DNA from: Chiloscyllium plagiosum
Taxonomy: Eukaryota
Length of the DNA: 34,262 nt
Assembly: GCF_004010195.1 (NCBI RefSeq)
Contig: NC_057749.1
Location: 19,550,661 to 19,584,922, forward strand
Reading direction: 5' to 3'
Positions 21,410 through 33,899 of the stretch are shown here, in pieces. The notes under the pieces were generated by a model. That model saw only the letters and a list, made by a program, of their open reading frames with translations. It was not told the DNA's origin and made no database searches. Numbering within the stretch: the stretch's first letter is position 1; each line of letters opens with the position of its first letter. The position numbers were made by a program, and so were the translations under genes.

Positions 21410-22008
21410 CATAAGTGCCTGGCAAAATCTGACTTCAGCAAGAAAGAATCCACCATTTCCCCATGGAAATCACTAGCATGAGCAGAACTGAATGCTCCAA
21501 AATCAACACCTTGGGGGTTATCATTGATCAGAAGCGGAACTGGACCAGTCATGTAAATGTTGTGGTTACAAGAGTAGGTCCCCAAAACCCATATTTTCCA
21601 TGTGTTTGGATGAGTACAGCCATATTCACAAAATTTGACACCTCCCAGGACAAAACAGTCCACTTACTTCTCACCAAATCCACTCCCAATGCTAAGTAGC
21701 AGCAGTGAGTACCATCTGTTAAACCTCACTAAGCTTCCTCCAACAATGTTCAACAAATCTGTGACCTCTACCACCAAGAAGGACAAGGGTGAAATGCAAC
21801 ATCACATTTCACACCTACACAACATTCTGACTTGAAGCTATATCATCCATTCTTCACTGTAACTGGGTCAAAATCCTGGTTCTCCATCCCTAACAGCACT
21901 GGACTGCAGCTGTTCAAGAAAATGGCTCACCACCACCTTCTCAAGGGCAATTAGAGTTAGACAATAAATATTCGGATACAATGACACCTGCACACTGTAA
22001 ATGAATGA
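21410..22008 (+). mobile_element. CR1/L2-group LINE 3' end (family of 16484-18299), decayed
   Basis: LGVIIDQKRNWTSHV. Tail 'caccaccaccttctcaagggcaattagagttagacaataaat'. Confidence 0.75.
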
Positions 22009-22401
22009 GAGAAGCACAGTACAATTGACTGACTTTTCAGTGGTTGAAAGTCCACCAGGATTCCTATTCTCATCATTAACCAATAGTCTCTGCTGGTTGT
22101 ATGAACTATTTGTGGATGTAATGTCCCTACAGTTGAATGGTTTTATGCTACTCATGGCCTGGCAAGTTAATGAGTAATGGTTACCTTTTGCTGATTTCTG
22201 GACTCATGGATTCACACCTCAGCAGTGAGTCACATCCTGTTAATGAGAAAAAAAAATTGATGAAGGAATGATAAGTGCTAATCTTTTGAAGCACTGTCAT
22301 TCAAACCTCACATGGATTGATCCAGAAATCTGCATCAACAACCACAGTCGGCTATAGATAATAGCTATGTAAATTGCATTAATTATGGAGAAAAAACATT
22401 A

Positions 22402-23110
22402 AAAGAAAACCTTGCAATTATACAGCACCTTTCAAGACTATTTGATGTCTCAAAAAGTTTCACAGCCAATGAAATACTTTAAAAGCGTAACCATTGTTCC
22501 AATACAGGAAACAAGGTTGTCAATTTGTACAAAGCAAACTCCCCAAATAGTAAAGTGATGATGACCAGATGATCTGTTTTTTTTTCTGATGTTGACTGGG
22601 GAATAAATATGAGTCAGGACACCAGGGAGAACTTATGTTTACATGGGAGAAAGGAGTGCCAGCAATTTCAAGGACTTACTGCACCTTTCAGAAACACCTG
22701 CCAATTGTGTGGTCGGAGTTCATGCTCTAGGATTTGACTCATCAGCCACACAGGGGCCACAGAATCCATGACCAGTGAGATGAAATTTCTATGGGCAATC
22801 ATATTTGTTAGTGAATGATTGTCAATGATGATATGCGATGTGGATGTCACTAGCTAGGCCACATTTATTGTCCTCAGGGCATTAACCTGTGATCTAGACT
22901 GCTAGTCCAGTGAATTCACCATTACTCTACTGCCTGTCCACCTTCTCCCCTGCTCTTCTCCAAAACCCAAACAGGTAGGTGAAGATTTGGATTTAATGTG
23001 TCAACTGAAAAACAGTGTTTCAGACAATGCAGCACTGCCTCAGTATTGCACTGCAATGACAACTTTGATTTTTGTGCTCAGACCTTAGAATGGACCAGAG
23101 TTCTGAGACA
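22402..23110 (-). mobile_element. Deu-domain SINE (SacSINE1-like) fragments with other SINE remnants inserted
   Basis: 'gatgaccagatgatctgtttt...gtcaggacaccagggagaact' and 'cagacaatgcagcactgcctcagtattgcactg'. Confidence 0.55.
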
Positions 23111-23292
23111 TTCCCCAACTAATAAGCAAAGCCAGGGCAACAATTATTATGAAAATGCTGATTGTGTTTCCATTGCCTTGGCTTCTTGTACCTGACCTAA
23201 GCTTACCCGACTTGGCCACTTTGATACCTTTTAGCCTTGCTCAGTTTCAATGCTCTTTGTCAATTAGAGAACACTTGCTGTTCCCTTGACCT

Positions 23293-23376
23293 CACCTGAA
23301 GGAGCAATGCTCTGAAAGCTTGTGATTTAAATAGACCTGTTGGACTATAACCTGGTGTCATATGACTTCTGACCTT
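23293..23376 (+). mobile_element. Single arm of a family B PLE-type element
   Basis: 'cacctgaaggagcaatgctctgaaagcttgtg...acctgttggactataacctggtgtc' matches 32963-33035. Confidence 0.7.
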
Positions 23377-23694
23377 TTTCCCTTTTAAGATATTTTATAC
23401 AGATGTTCTATATTGATCGAAGATCTCAGATCGAATTAAGCTGTATAGTTTTGAGAAATTGGTTGGCAGCATTTTCTATCACTAGAGTGAGCTGCTGAGA
23501 TACAGCAAACCAGAGTCAACAGCATGTGTGCCAGAGATCTAAAGAAATGACCAGTGACTCCAAACACAAATGCCACCTGCTTTCCCCTTCCCATACATAA
23601 ACACTTTGCCACTTAGAGAATAGGCTTTATTGTACAAATTGTAGCAGAGGTATGAGATTACATGCACCGTGTGGTAAACTCCTTATTGTTCAAG

Positions 23695-23870
23695 TTGGGA
23701 GTGTGGTGCTGGAAAAGCACACGCGGCATCTGAGGAGCCAGAGATTCTGATGAAGGGCTTTTGCGCGAAACATCAACTCTCCTGCTCCTCGGATGTTGCC
23801 TGACCTGCTGTGCTTTTCCAGCACCATGCTCTCGACTCTAATCGCCAGCACCTGCAGTCCTCACTTTCGC
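23695..23870 (+). mobile_element. Palindromic PLE-derived short element, family A, left arm shortened
   Basis: Perfect 16-bp TSD ctccttattgttcaag (23679-23694 / 23871-23886). CTGATGA..GAAA at 23747-23770. Confidence 0.88.
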
Positions 23871-23918
23871 CTCCTTATTGTTCAAGGATGACCAAGCTAC
23901 AAGTAACTTGATCATTTT

Positions 23919-24330
23919 CAGTGGTTCCTACCATGACTGAAGAGACTAAAAAGAGATCGGCAAGGACATCCACATGAAGTGGTAGTTTCAATCTTTGTTT
24001 TTGGTGCTTGGGGAATCTTCTACATCTACATCACCACCATCCTTCCTGAGCATGTTGGATGGTCCTTGAAGCATACAGAACCAAATTTCAGCACTTGTCT
24101 CTGCATGGACTGATCACCACAGTGTTTATTAAAGGGAAGTGATTCGCAATGTTGGAGAAGGATCTTTTTTGAGGGAGTCTTTGTACCATCTGTATTGACC
24201 ACCTTGATGTTGGTCAGCCCAAGACAGTTCCCCATAGAAGGTCTGCTTGAGGATTTTGAAGGCCTGCCCATTAAAGTTGCATTTTTTGAAGGGTGGTTCA
24301 GCATAATTGAGCCTAGCAAGATGGAGCACC
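23919..24330 (-). mobile_element. RTE-clade LINE 3' remnant
   Basis: KQTFYGELSWADQHQGGQYRWYKDSLKK and C-terminal SCGCPCRSLFSLFSHGRNH*. Confidence 0.7.
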
Positions 24331-24539
24331 TTATTGTTTGTGATTACATCAGATGCTGTTCCAGTCAAAGATTTTATGGAATGCTCAGTGCTTTGTTCCC
24401 TAATCCATTAAAAATTTGGAATACTAAATTGAGGTGTGCAACTCTTTTGTTCTGCAATGTTTCAAACTATGATGAATATGGAAAGAAGAGCTTCACAGAC
24501 TTCCTCCAAAATGTATTTGACAGAAATCCTACAAAAGAT

Positions 24540-24805
24540 AAGAAAAAACCTTTGCACATAGCTAGTGGTTGGGGTCTGGTATATGCTATCGGACATATCT
24601 GGTAATATGCTATCCATGGTGGAGGTAAGTTCAATTGAGGCTTTCAAAAAGAAATTAGATGGTTATTTGAAAAAAAAAGAATGCACAGGGTTATGGAGAG
24701 AAGGCAGGAGAATAACACAGAGTGAATTGCTCATTCAGAGCAGTAATGCAGAAGTTTTAGGCGAAATTGCCTCGTTCTCCACTATAGTAATTGTGATTTT
24801 GTGAA
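24540..24805 (+). mobile_element. CR1 3' end, old
   Basis: VEVSSIEAFKKKLDGYL followed by a CR1-like UTR. Confidence 0.6.
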
Positions 24806-24845
24806 AATTAAAGAATATTGATATTTTTTTAAACTCAGTGATAAG

Positions 24846-24985
24846 TTAGCTGTGGCTGTGTGGGTATGACACTCCTCTGACTCAAAAGGTTATGGGGTCA
24901 AGTCCCATTCCAAAATTTTTGGAATGTGTTTGCTTGGCAAACACTACAGTACAGTACTGAAGAAATACTTCAATGTTAGGGATGT
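24846..24985 (+). mobile_element. Deu-SINE part 1 (tRNA head and start of Deu domain)
   Basis: 'agctgtggctgtgtggg...ggggtcaagtccc...acactacagtacagtactga'. Continues at 29673. Confidence 0.6.
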
Positions 24986-26049
24986 ATCTTTTTTTTATAA
25001 ATATTCTTATTAAATACCTTTTTAAATCTTTTACAAAACTATATACAAAAAAACCAAAAAACAGAAAAGCAGAGGCAGTACAACAAAGTCATAACACACT
25101 ATTATTAATGAATGACCTACTATTCTACCAAAACAAACGTATGTACTTAAACTAAACTACAAACAAATTAAATAAATATTAACTTAAACTAAATTCAAGT
25201 AACTTAAATTATAGCTCACTACTTTATTCTATTTCACTCATCACCCCTCCACTGAGGCCTCCCATCCCTGGGAGCACCTGCTATAAAACCCATATTGTTT
25301 TTCCCCAAGCCTCCCCCTCTAGTGCCCCACAGGCAACCATACTGACTCACACGGCTATACCACGGCCCTAATTAATATTGCTGATAAGTCTGCATCTATA
25401 TAATTTAAAAAGGGCCGCCAAATCTTGTAAAATTGCTCCGTTTTGTGTTGCACCATATTTGTGAGGTAGTCTTGGGGGAGATGCTCCATCACCAGCCTAA
25501 GCCACCCCAAAAACCACCTGGTAGTTTTTCCAACGTCCAATTCACTAGAATGTTCTTCCTCGCACAGTGGGTAAGAATATTACACAATCTCTTCCCATGT
25601 TCCCCCAGAGAGGGCAAATTTGGCAACCCCAGAAGAAGTATCCACGTTAATTTAAATCCCCAGATGTCCTTTCGCTCCCTTACTATAGCACTCCAGTATC
25701 TCTGGGTCTTACAACAGGACCAGTAGCAGTGTGTAAGAATGCTTATACTAATTTTACATTTGGCTCACCCTGATGACACTCCTCCCTTGAACTTCGCGAG
25801 CCTCTCTGACACCATATGAGCCCTGTGTAAGATCTTCAATTGCATAGCCTGTGCTCTGTTACATACTGAAATTTTCCTTACATTTCCCTATATATCTTCC
25901 CATACCTCTGATGAAATACCCTCTCCTAGCTCTCGATTCCACATCCTGCAGAGTCCTTCCACATCCCCCAAGGCACGATCTTTCTGTAAATGATACAAAA
26001 TACTGTCTGAAAGAGCACCCAGACAACGGAGTACTCTTTTTTTTCCAAG

Positions 26050-26210
26050 CAGAAAGTGAGGACTGCAGATGCTGGAGTACCAGAGTTGAAAAATGTAGTG
26101 CTGGAAAAACACAGCAGGCCAGGCAGCATCCAAGGAGCAGGCGAATCACTGCTCTCCTGCTCCTCGGATGCTGCCTGGCCTGCTGTGTTTTTGCAGCATC
26201 ACATTTTTCA
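26050..26210 (-). mobile_element. Palindromic PLE-derived short element, family A, centre deleted, nested in the L1
   Basis: TSD actcttttttttccaag (26033-26049 / 26211-26227). Arms meet near 26148 without the hammerhead boxes. Confidence 0.88.
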
Positions 26211-26302
26211 ACTCTTTTTTTTCCAAGTCTGACTTGTAACACTGTGCCAGGAGCGTGGTCTTCCTCTGTGTATAGTCCCTTATCTGAAAGTACGGAGAAG
26301 GT

Positions 26303-26670
26303 CCCTAATTAATATTGCTGAAAAGTCTGCATCTATATAATTTAAAAAGGGCCGCCAAATCTTGTAAAATTGCTCCGTTTTGTGTTGCACCATATTTGTG
26401 AGGTAGTCTTGGGGGAGATGCTCCATCACCAGCCTACGCCACCCAAAAAACACCTGGTGGTTTTTCCAACGTCCAATTCACTAGAATGTTCTTCCTCGCA
26501 CAGTGGGTAAGAATATTACACAATCTCTTCACATGTTCCCCCAGAGTGGGCAAATTTGGCAACCCCAGAAGAAGTATCCACGTTAATTTAAATCCCCAGA
26601 TGTCCTTTCGCTCCCTTACTATAGCACTCCAGTATCTCTGGGTCTTACAACAGGATCAGTAGCAGTGTGT
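26303..26670. repeat. Direct duplicate of 25366-25734 inside the L1
   Basis: About 368 bp with roughly 7-8 differences, counted by eye. Confidence 0.95.
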
Positions 26671-29600
26671 TTCTGGCTTAACTGACTACCCTCTTGAACA
26701 AATCTCCTAGGCATGAGATTCCCTTATTGTCCATTAACTTAAAGCCGGAGTCCATTGCCCCAGGTTTAAATCCTTGGGCTCCCACTAACGAGGAAACGGC
26801 AAGGTCTTAGACCAATTGCCCTCGTCTTACCTCATTATCCTCCAGCCTTTCACCGTATTTAAAATGATTGGATTCTTACACTGCTCGGTCATGGATTTCA
26901 TCTTATCCATAAATAATAAATTAACTAGAGGATATCACGATTGCGGGGCTTCAATGTCAAACCAAATTGACTCCGAATTCCCCCATACCCAGTCACCAAC
27001 ATATGCTAAGAGCGCTTATTTGATATTTCTTCAAATCCAGAAAATCCACCCCTCCCTCATCCTCCAAAAGCTGCAATTTAGTAAACTTAATTAGAGGGCA
27101 TCTGTGGCACCAAATAAAGGACCCTAGCCAACTATTGTTGTCTGGGTAGCAACAACGGGAGCATTCTCATGTGATACAAGTGAGGAAGAACATTCATTTT
27201 AATCAGGGCTATTCGGCCCAACCATGACAACGGTAACTCCCTCCCACCGCTGCAGATCCTGTTTTATCCTCTCCAATAGTTGTACATAGTTAGCTTTATA
27301 CAGCTGGTGGAAGGAAGGGGTAATAAAAATTCCCAAATACAAAAAAACCTTTGATGACCATCTAAGCGGGAACTGCATTCCATCCTTCAGATTAGGCACC
27401 TCCACTAATTCCCCCACCAGTGTGGCTTCCGACTTTGTAATGTTGATCCTGTAGCCCAAGAAACCATCAAATAAATTAATTGTTTGAATCAGTCAAGGAA
27501 CAGACTTCTCCGGATAGGCCAAGAACAAAAGGTCATCAGCATATAGGGTGATCTTATGCTCCCGCATTCCCACCCTTGGCACCACAATTTCAGGATATCT
27601 TCTGAAAGCGTCAGCTAATGGCTCAATTGCCAAGGTGAATAATAGCGGTGAGAGAGGACACCCCTGTTAACTACCTCTCCCAATGTTAAAATTATCTGAC
27701 AGCATCGTTTGTAATGACTGCCGCCTTAGGATCATTATACAATACTGCCACCCATCTGGCAAAGGATCCCCCCAGACCAAAGTGTTCTCAGACCCCAGAT
27801 ACGGTCATTCTATCCGATTAAACATCTGTTCTGCATCTAGGGAGACCACCAAAACCGGGATCAATCTTTGCTAGCATACCTGCACCACGTTCAATAGCCT
27901 TCCGATATTGTTAGAGGAGCTATGGCCCTTAACAAAACCTGTCTGATCTTCTTTTATAATGGGGCAGGAACCTTTCCAACCTCTGAGCCAGCATCTTGGA
28001 TAAAATTTTAAAATCTACATTTAACAGTGAAATTGGTGTATGAGAAGCACATTCTTTAGGATCTTTCCCCTTCTTTAAAATGAGGGAGACATATTAGCCT
28101 CCCTAAGAGAAGGCAGCGGCCAATCCTGTTCATATGAATAGCTATACATCCCCAGAAGTAGCGCCACCAACACATTTATGAATTCCTTATAGAATTCACT
28201 TGGGAATCCATCTGGCCCTGGTGCTTTGCCATCCTGGAGATGCCTTATTACTTCCTGCACTTCCTGTACTGTTACAGGCGCATTCAATAAGGAAGCCTGT
28301 TCCGTATTTATACTGCGGAGGTCCAGATTCTCAAAAAAGGACTGTATTCTCGCTGCACCATGTTCACCTCCCTCCAACTGATATAGCTCTGTGAAGTATT
28401 CCCTAAATCTAACATTGATCTTCTTCAACTCACGGGTAATCGTACCAGCCTTCTCCCTAACAGACATGATAGATTGGGAAGCTGTTTTCCCCCAAGCCAA
28501 ATATGCCAGATATCTACCTGGCTTATCTCCAAATTCAAACAGTCTTTGTTTAGCAAAGGAGACCTCTTTTTTTAGCCATTCGTATGTGCAATGGGTCGAG
28601 AGCCATCTGGAGGGCCATGACCTGCTGCAACTTGACCAAAGAGGGCCTATTATAATATGTTTCCTCCACTATCTGCAGCTGGGCCTCCTGCATCCGATGT
28701 TGCTCCTCCCTCTGCCTCCTTCTAATCACAGAATATGAAATGATCAGGCCTCGTAAATATGCCTTAATGGCCTACCAAAGTATTGCCGGATTACTAGCCG
28801 TACCTGAGTTGATATCCCAGAAGGCCCCGAACTCTCTTCTGATGTACTAAACAAATTTGCTATCCCTTAACAGAAATGGTTCCATGCGCCAGTGCTGTGC
28901 ATCCATTCCACTACCCTTGATTTTAACATCTAAATACACTGGCGCATGATCCGAGACAGCTATATTCACAATTTTGCACTCCAATGTTCAGTCCAAACTG
29001 TCATTTGGCATTAAAAAAATGTCACCTTGCATATGGCACTTGTGTGGGTTGGAGTAGAAAGTAAAGTCTCTTCCATTAGGGTGGAGATGCCTCCACATGT
29101 CCACTAGTCCCAACTCTTCACACATGTCCACCAACTGCTTAGATTGTGCGGGCATACCTGCCAGGTCTTTTGGCACCCTGTCAACTTCGGGATCTGTTAG
29201 GTGATTAAAATCCCCTCCTATGATCGTGTGGCGCACCCCAAGATTCATTAATTTAGCAACTGTATCAATTAGAAATTTAAGATGGTTCACCATGGGACAA
29301 TATACATTCAAGACGCTATACTCCTCTCCATGTATTAGGGCTTTAAGAATGATAAACTGTCCATGTTTGTCCTGAATCTGCTTTGTTACCTGGAAAGGGA
29401 GGATCCTTCTTACCGGTATAGGCACTCCTCTACTCTTAGAGCTGAAGGAGGAGAAGAATACCCTGCCATAACCCCCCCCGCTGCAGTTTCAGATGTTCCT
29501 TATCAGTTAGAAGCATCTCTTGCAGTAGGGCGATGTCCACCCTTTCCTTCCTAAGGCTTGACAACATCTTCCTTCTTTTAATAGGAGAATGGCTCTCTTT

Positions 29601-29672
29601 TATGTTCCATGTGTACCATCTGAACAAATCACTAGCCATGGTCGTCCAGGGCAGCCCATGGTTTAGGGATGT

Positions 29673-29805
29673 GAGTTTTGGATAAGATCTGATCTGCACT
29701 CTCAGATGGTCAGAAAGGACCTTGTGGCAGTACTTCAGAGGAAAACCACTGGAGGTGCTCTTCGGTCACCTCAGCCAAATTTATAACTAAAACAGATGAT
29801 ATGTT
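29673..29805 (+). mobile_element. Deu-SINE part 2
   Basis: 'tctgcactctcagatggtcagaaaggaccttgtggcagtactt...actaaaacagatgat' resembles the Deu core. Confidence 0.6.
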
Positions 29806-32309
29806 TAAATTTAAATTTAAAATCTTTAAATTAATTTAACAATTCTGGGTAGGAGTGAAAGGAACAGGTTAGTCATTATGGGGGACTTGAACTTCCCCAA
29901 TATTGACTGGAAATGCTATAAATCTGCTATAAATGCTATAAATCGTCAGATGGATCAGTTTTTGTACAATGTGTGCAGGAGGGTTTCCTGACACGGAATG
30001 GCAAAGGGCCAACAACAGAGGTGACCATACTGGATCTGGTACTTCGTAATGAACCAGGCCAGGTTTTTGATTTAGTTGTAGATGAGCACTTTGGTGATAG
30101 TGACCATAATTTGGTTACGTTTAATTTAGTGATGGAAAGGGATTGATACACACCACAGAGCAAGGGTTATAGATGGGAGAAGGGCAATTATAATGCGATC
30201 AGACAAGACTTAGGAGGCATAGAAAGGGATAGCAAAATACAAGGAATGGGGACAGTTGAAATTGGGAGCTGGTTTAAGGAATAGATATTGTGTGCCCTCG
30301 ATGGGTATGTCTCTGTCAGGGAAGGAGGAAGTGATAAGGGAAGGGAATCGTGGTTTACTAAATAAAAAGTATCTTTTGTTACGTGGAAGAGGGAGGCTTA
30401 TGTGACGTTGAGACAAGATGGTTCAGATGAGGCAATGGAGAGTTACAGATTAGCTAAGAAGAGCAAGGAGGGGACATGAGCAGTCATTAGTAGGTAGAAT
30501 AAAGGAGAACCCTAAAGCTCTCTATAGGTATGTGAGGAATAAAAGGATGACTAGGATAGGAATAGCGCCAGTCAAAGACAGAAGTGGGAAGTTGTGTGTG
30601 GACTCTGTGGAAATCTGAGAGGTGCGAAACGAATATTTCTCATCTGTTTTCACTCAGGAAAAGGAGAATATTGTAGAGGAGAAGACTGAGATATGGGTTA
30701 TTAGACTAGAAAGGATTGAGGTTAGTAAGGAGGAGGTGTTATCAGTCTAGATGTGTGAAAGTAGATAAGTCCCCTGGGCCGGATGGTATTTATCCGAGGA
30801 TACTCTGGGAAACCAGGGAGGACATGGCAGAGCCTTTGGCCTTGATTTTTGAGTAGTCATTGTCTACAGGTTTAATCCAGAGGACTGGAGGATTGCAAAT
30901 GTTGTGGCCTTGTTCAAAAAGGGCAGTAGAGATGACCCAGATAATTATAGACCAGTGAGCCTTACGTCTGTTGTAGGAAAGGTTTTGGAAAGGATTATAA
31001 GAGATAGGATTTATAATCATTTAACAAGTAACAATTTGATTGGAGTTAGTCAACATGGTTTCATCAAGGGCAGGTCATGTCTCACAAATGTCTTGAGTTT
31101 TTTGAGGAGGTGACCTAGCATATGGATGAGGGTAGGTTAGTTGACGTGGTATACATGGACTTCAGTAAAACCTTTGATACAGTTCCACATCATAGACTGT
31201 TGGAGAAAATACGGAGGCATGGGATTGAGGGTGATTTAGCAGTTTGGATTAGAAATTGGCTTTCTGTAAGAAAGCAGCAAGTGGTGGTTGATGGAAAATA
31301 TTCAGCCTTGAGTCTGGTTACTAGTGATGTGCCACAAGGATCTGTTTTGGGACCACTGCTGTTTATCATTTTTATAAATGACTTGGATGCAGGCATAGGT
31401 GGATGGGTTTGTAAGTTTGCAGATGACGCTAAAGTCGGTGGAGTGGTGGACAGTATGGAAGAATGTTGCAGGTTACAGGATCTTGGATAAACTGCAGAAT
31501 TGGGCTGAGAGGTAGCAAATGGACTTCAATGCAGGTAAATGTGAAGCGATTCACTTTGGAAAGAATAACAGGGAGGTAGAATGCTGGGTCAATGGAAAGA
31601 TTCTTGATAGTGCAGATGTGCAGAGGGATCTTGGTGTCCATATACATAGATCCCTGAAAGTTGCCACCCAGGTTGATAGTGCTGTTAAGAAGGCATACGA
31701 TGTTTTAGGTTTTATTAGTAGAGGGATTTGAGTTCCGGAGCTGTGATGTCATGCTGCAACTGTATAAAATGCCAGTGTGGCTTCACTTGGAATATTGTGT
31801 ACAGTTCTGGTCGCTCTATTATAGGAAGGAATGTGGAAGCATTGGAAAAGATGGAGAGGATATTTACCAGGATGTTGCCTGGTCTGGGGGGAAGGTCTTA
31901 TGAGGAAAGACTGAGGGACTTGGGTCTGTACTCATCAGAGAGAAGAAGCCTAAGAGGAGATTTAATAGAGACATACAAGATGATCAGAGGATTAAATAGG
32001 GTGGACAGTGAGTCTTTCTTCTAGGATGATGACGTCGGCTTGTACAAGGGGGCATAGCTGCAAGTTGAGGGGTGATAGTTTTAAGACAGATGTCAGAGAC
32101 AGGTTCTTTCCTCAGAGAGTGGTAAGGGCGTGGAATGCCCTGCCCACCAATGTAGTTAACTCAGCCACATTAGGGGCATTTAAACAGTCCTTGGATAAGC
32201 ATATGGATGATGATGGGATAAGTGTAGGGGGATGGGCTTAGATTAGTTCACAGGTCGGCGCAACATTGAGGGCCGAAGGGCCTGATCTGCGCTGTATTGT
32301 TCGATGTTC
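29806..32309 (+). mobile_element. CR1/HER1 LINE, 5'-truncated, ORF2 disrupted
   Basis: VIMGDLNFP, GDSDHN, KSPGPDG, NYRPVSLTS, QHGF, DFSKTFD, VPQGSVLGP and FADD motifs. (TTCTATG)-like tail. AT-rich filler at 29806-29838. Confidence 0.92.
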
Positions 32310-32315
32310 TATGTT

Positions 32316-32461
32316 GTGGTTATTCGTGAGAGTTTACTGTGTTCAGATGTGCTGCTGCATTTGCTACAGTAAAGCATTTCAGAAGCACTTAATAAGCTGT
32401 AAAGCAAACTGGAATGTGCTAATCTGTAAAAGTCTATATAAATACAAGTCTTTACTTTTTT
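32316..32461 (+). mobile_element. Deu-SINE part 3 (3' end)
   Basis: Ends 'ctatataaatacaagtctttactttttt', the reverse complement pattern of the SINE end at 5670. Confidence 0.6.
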
Positions 32462-32699
32462 GAAGCTGTTTGTTCACATTGCAGAGTTTCTTAGGCTGAT
32501 ATTTTTGTCTGCACACTTGAAACCTCTCACCACTCAACAGTACATCTCACCACATCACTCCCTGAACCATTCACACATCAACTCCCAAATCATCACACAA
32601 TCAATAGCCTTTCTCTAACTCCACATTTTCTCACACTATTTCCATTTCTGCACAAAACACTGTGAACTGATGCAGTACAATGAGAAAGCCACTGTTATA

Positions 32700-33130
32700 A
32701 CAAAGAGCAGTACAGCACAAGACAACCTTCGGCCAACCATGTCTATGCTGACCATGATGCCATTCTAAACTAAGATGTGGAGGTGCCAGTGTTGTACTGG
32801 GGTGGACAAAGTTAAAAATCACACAACACCACCCCCATCCTCCACTGGTTATAGTCCAACAGGTTTATTTGGAAATACAAGCTTTTGGAGCATTGCTCCT
32901 CTGTCAGGTAGCTAGTGAAGCAGGATCATAGGACAGTGTCCTATGATGCTGCTCCACTAACTACCTGACAAAGGAGCAGCGCTTCGAAAGCTTGTACTTC
33001 CAAATAAACCTGTTGGACTATAACCTGGTGTTGTGTTATTTTTAATTCTAAAATAATCCCATCTGCCTGCACATGGTCAAATCCCTCTATTACCTGCTTA
33101 TTTATATGTCTGGCTAAGTGCTTTTTAAAT
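32700..33130 (-). mobile_element. CR1 3' UTR fragment interrupted by a family B palindrome
   Basis: 'cagtacagcacaagacaaccttcggccaaccatgtc' and 'tcccatctgcctgcacatggtc..ccctctat' are contiguous across the insert. Confidence 0.7.
32774..33044. mobile_element. Palindromic PLE-type short element, family B
   Basis: Inverted arms centred at 32936 with a left tail. TSD attctaaactaa (32762-32773) / attctaaaataa (33045-33056). Degenerate CTGACAA..GAAA at 32965-32989. Confidence 0.82.
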
Positions 33131-33899
33131 TAACTGTTCTTTCGTGAGAATATGAACGCTGAACAAACACCAATATTTCCCATTTTGGGCTAAGTGTCAA
33201 TTTCAGACAGTCTTTTGGAGTTTTTCTCTCACTCAGCTTTGGTAACTTTTCCCATGCAATTCTCTGTCATTCACTTAATTAATTATGCACGCTGCCTCTA
33301 CATCTCTGCTCTCTAATAACTTCGTAGTCTCAGCAGTGGAACTGCTCACTGATGCTGGGATTTCTGGTATTTATACCATATTTAAACCGCACCTATCATT
33401 TCAGTGTAGGAACTGCCAGGAACTGCCCTTGACCCTCAACCACAAATCTAACGAAGGTTCACAAAGTGAAGTTAGCATTCTAGTTTGTAGACAGGATCGT
33501 GGAGATGAGGTATGTCCTCTTTCCTCAGGACCTCAGCACCAGGTACTACCAGCCTGGTCTGAAATTGCCACCCAAGCAGTGCAGTGTCCACAGTCTGGAA
33601 GAATAGACTCTTTCTCCCAGTATCTTTTTCACTGTTTCTCTCTCTCTCTCTATCTCCCAATCAGTTTATCTCTCCTCTCTGCAGGAAAGTGAATGATCTT
33701 CTGAATTCTGCAAGAGTACGTGCCACCATTTTCTCCCTGCTACCTCTAAGTCCGGTACTGCACCCACCTCCCTCCAAGTCTCGAGGTCTACCACTCTCAG
33801 CATCTTCTCTCATTGGTTCTCACCTGCCACAACTCCCAAACAACTAAGCCTTTCTGTCATCTGTGCTTCCGAAAGTTGGGACACCCTCTCCACATTTTA

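Larger units (their letters stand above)
25355..29639 (-). pseudogene. L1 ORF2 (APE endonuclease, RT, Cys/His domain), disrupted
   Basis: MASDLFRWYTWNIK..IALLQE, IIGGDFN, SDHAPV, KAPGPDGFPSEFYK, QGCPLSP, YADD (27532-27543), THCYWSC, ..KIWRPFLNY..*. Many stops and frameshifts. Confidence 0.88.
24986..29662 (-). mobile_element. L1-clade LINE, truncated just upstream of ORF2
   Basis: A-rich 3' end (T-run near 24989-24996). TSD ttagggatgt (24976-24985 / 29663-29672). ORF2 motifs across the element. Confidence 0.88.
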
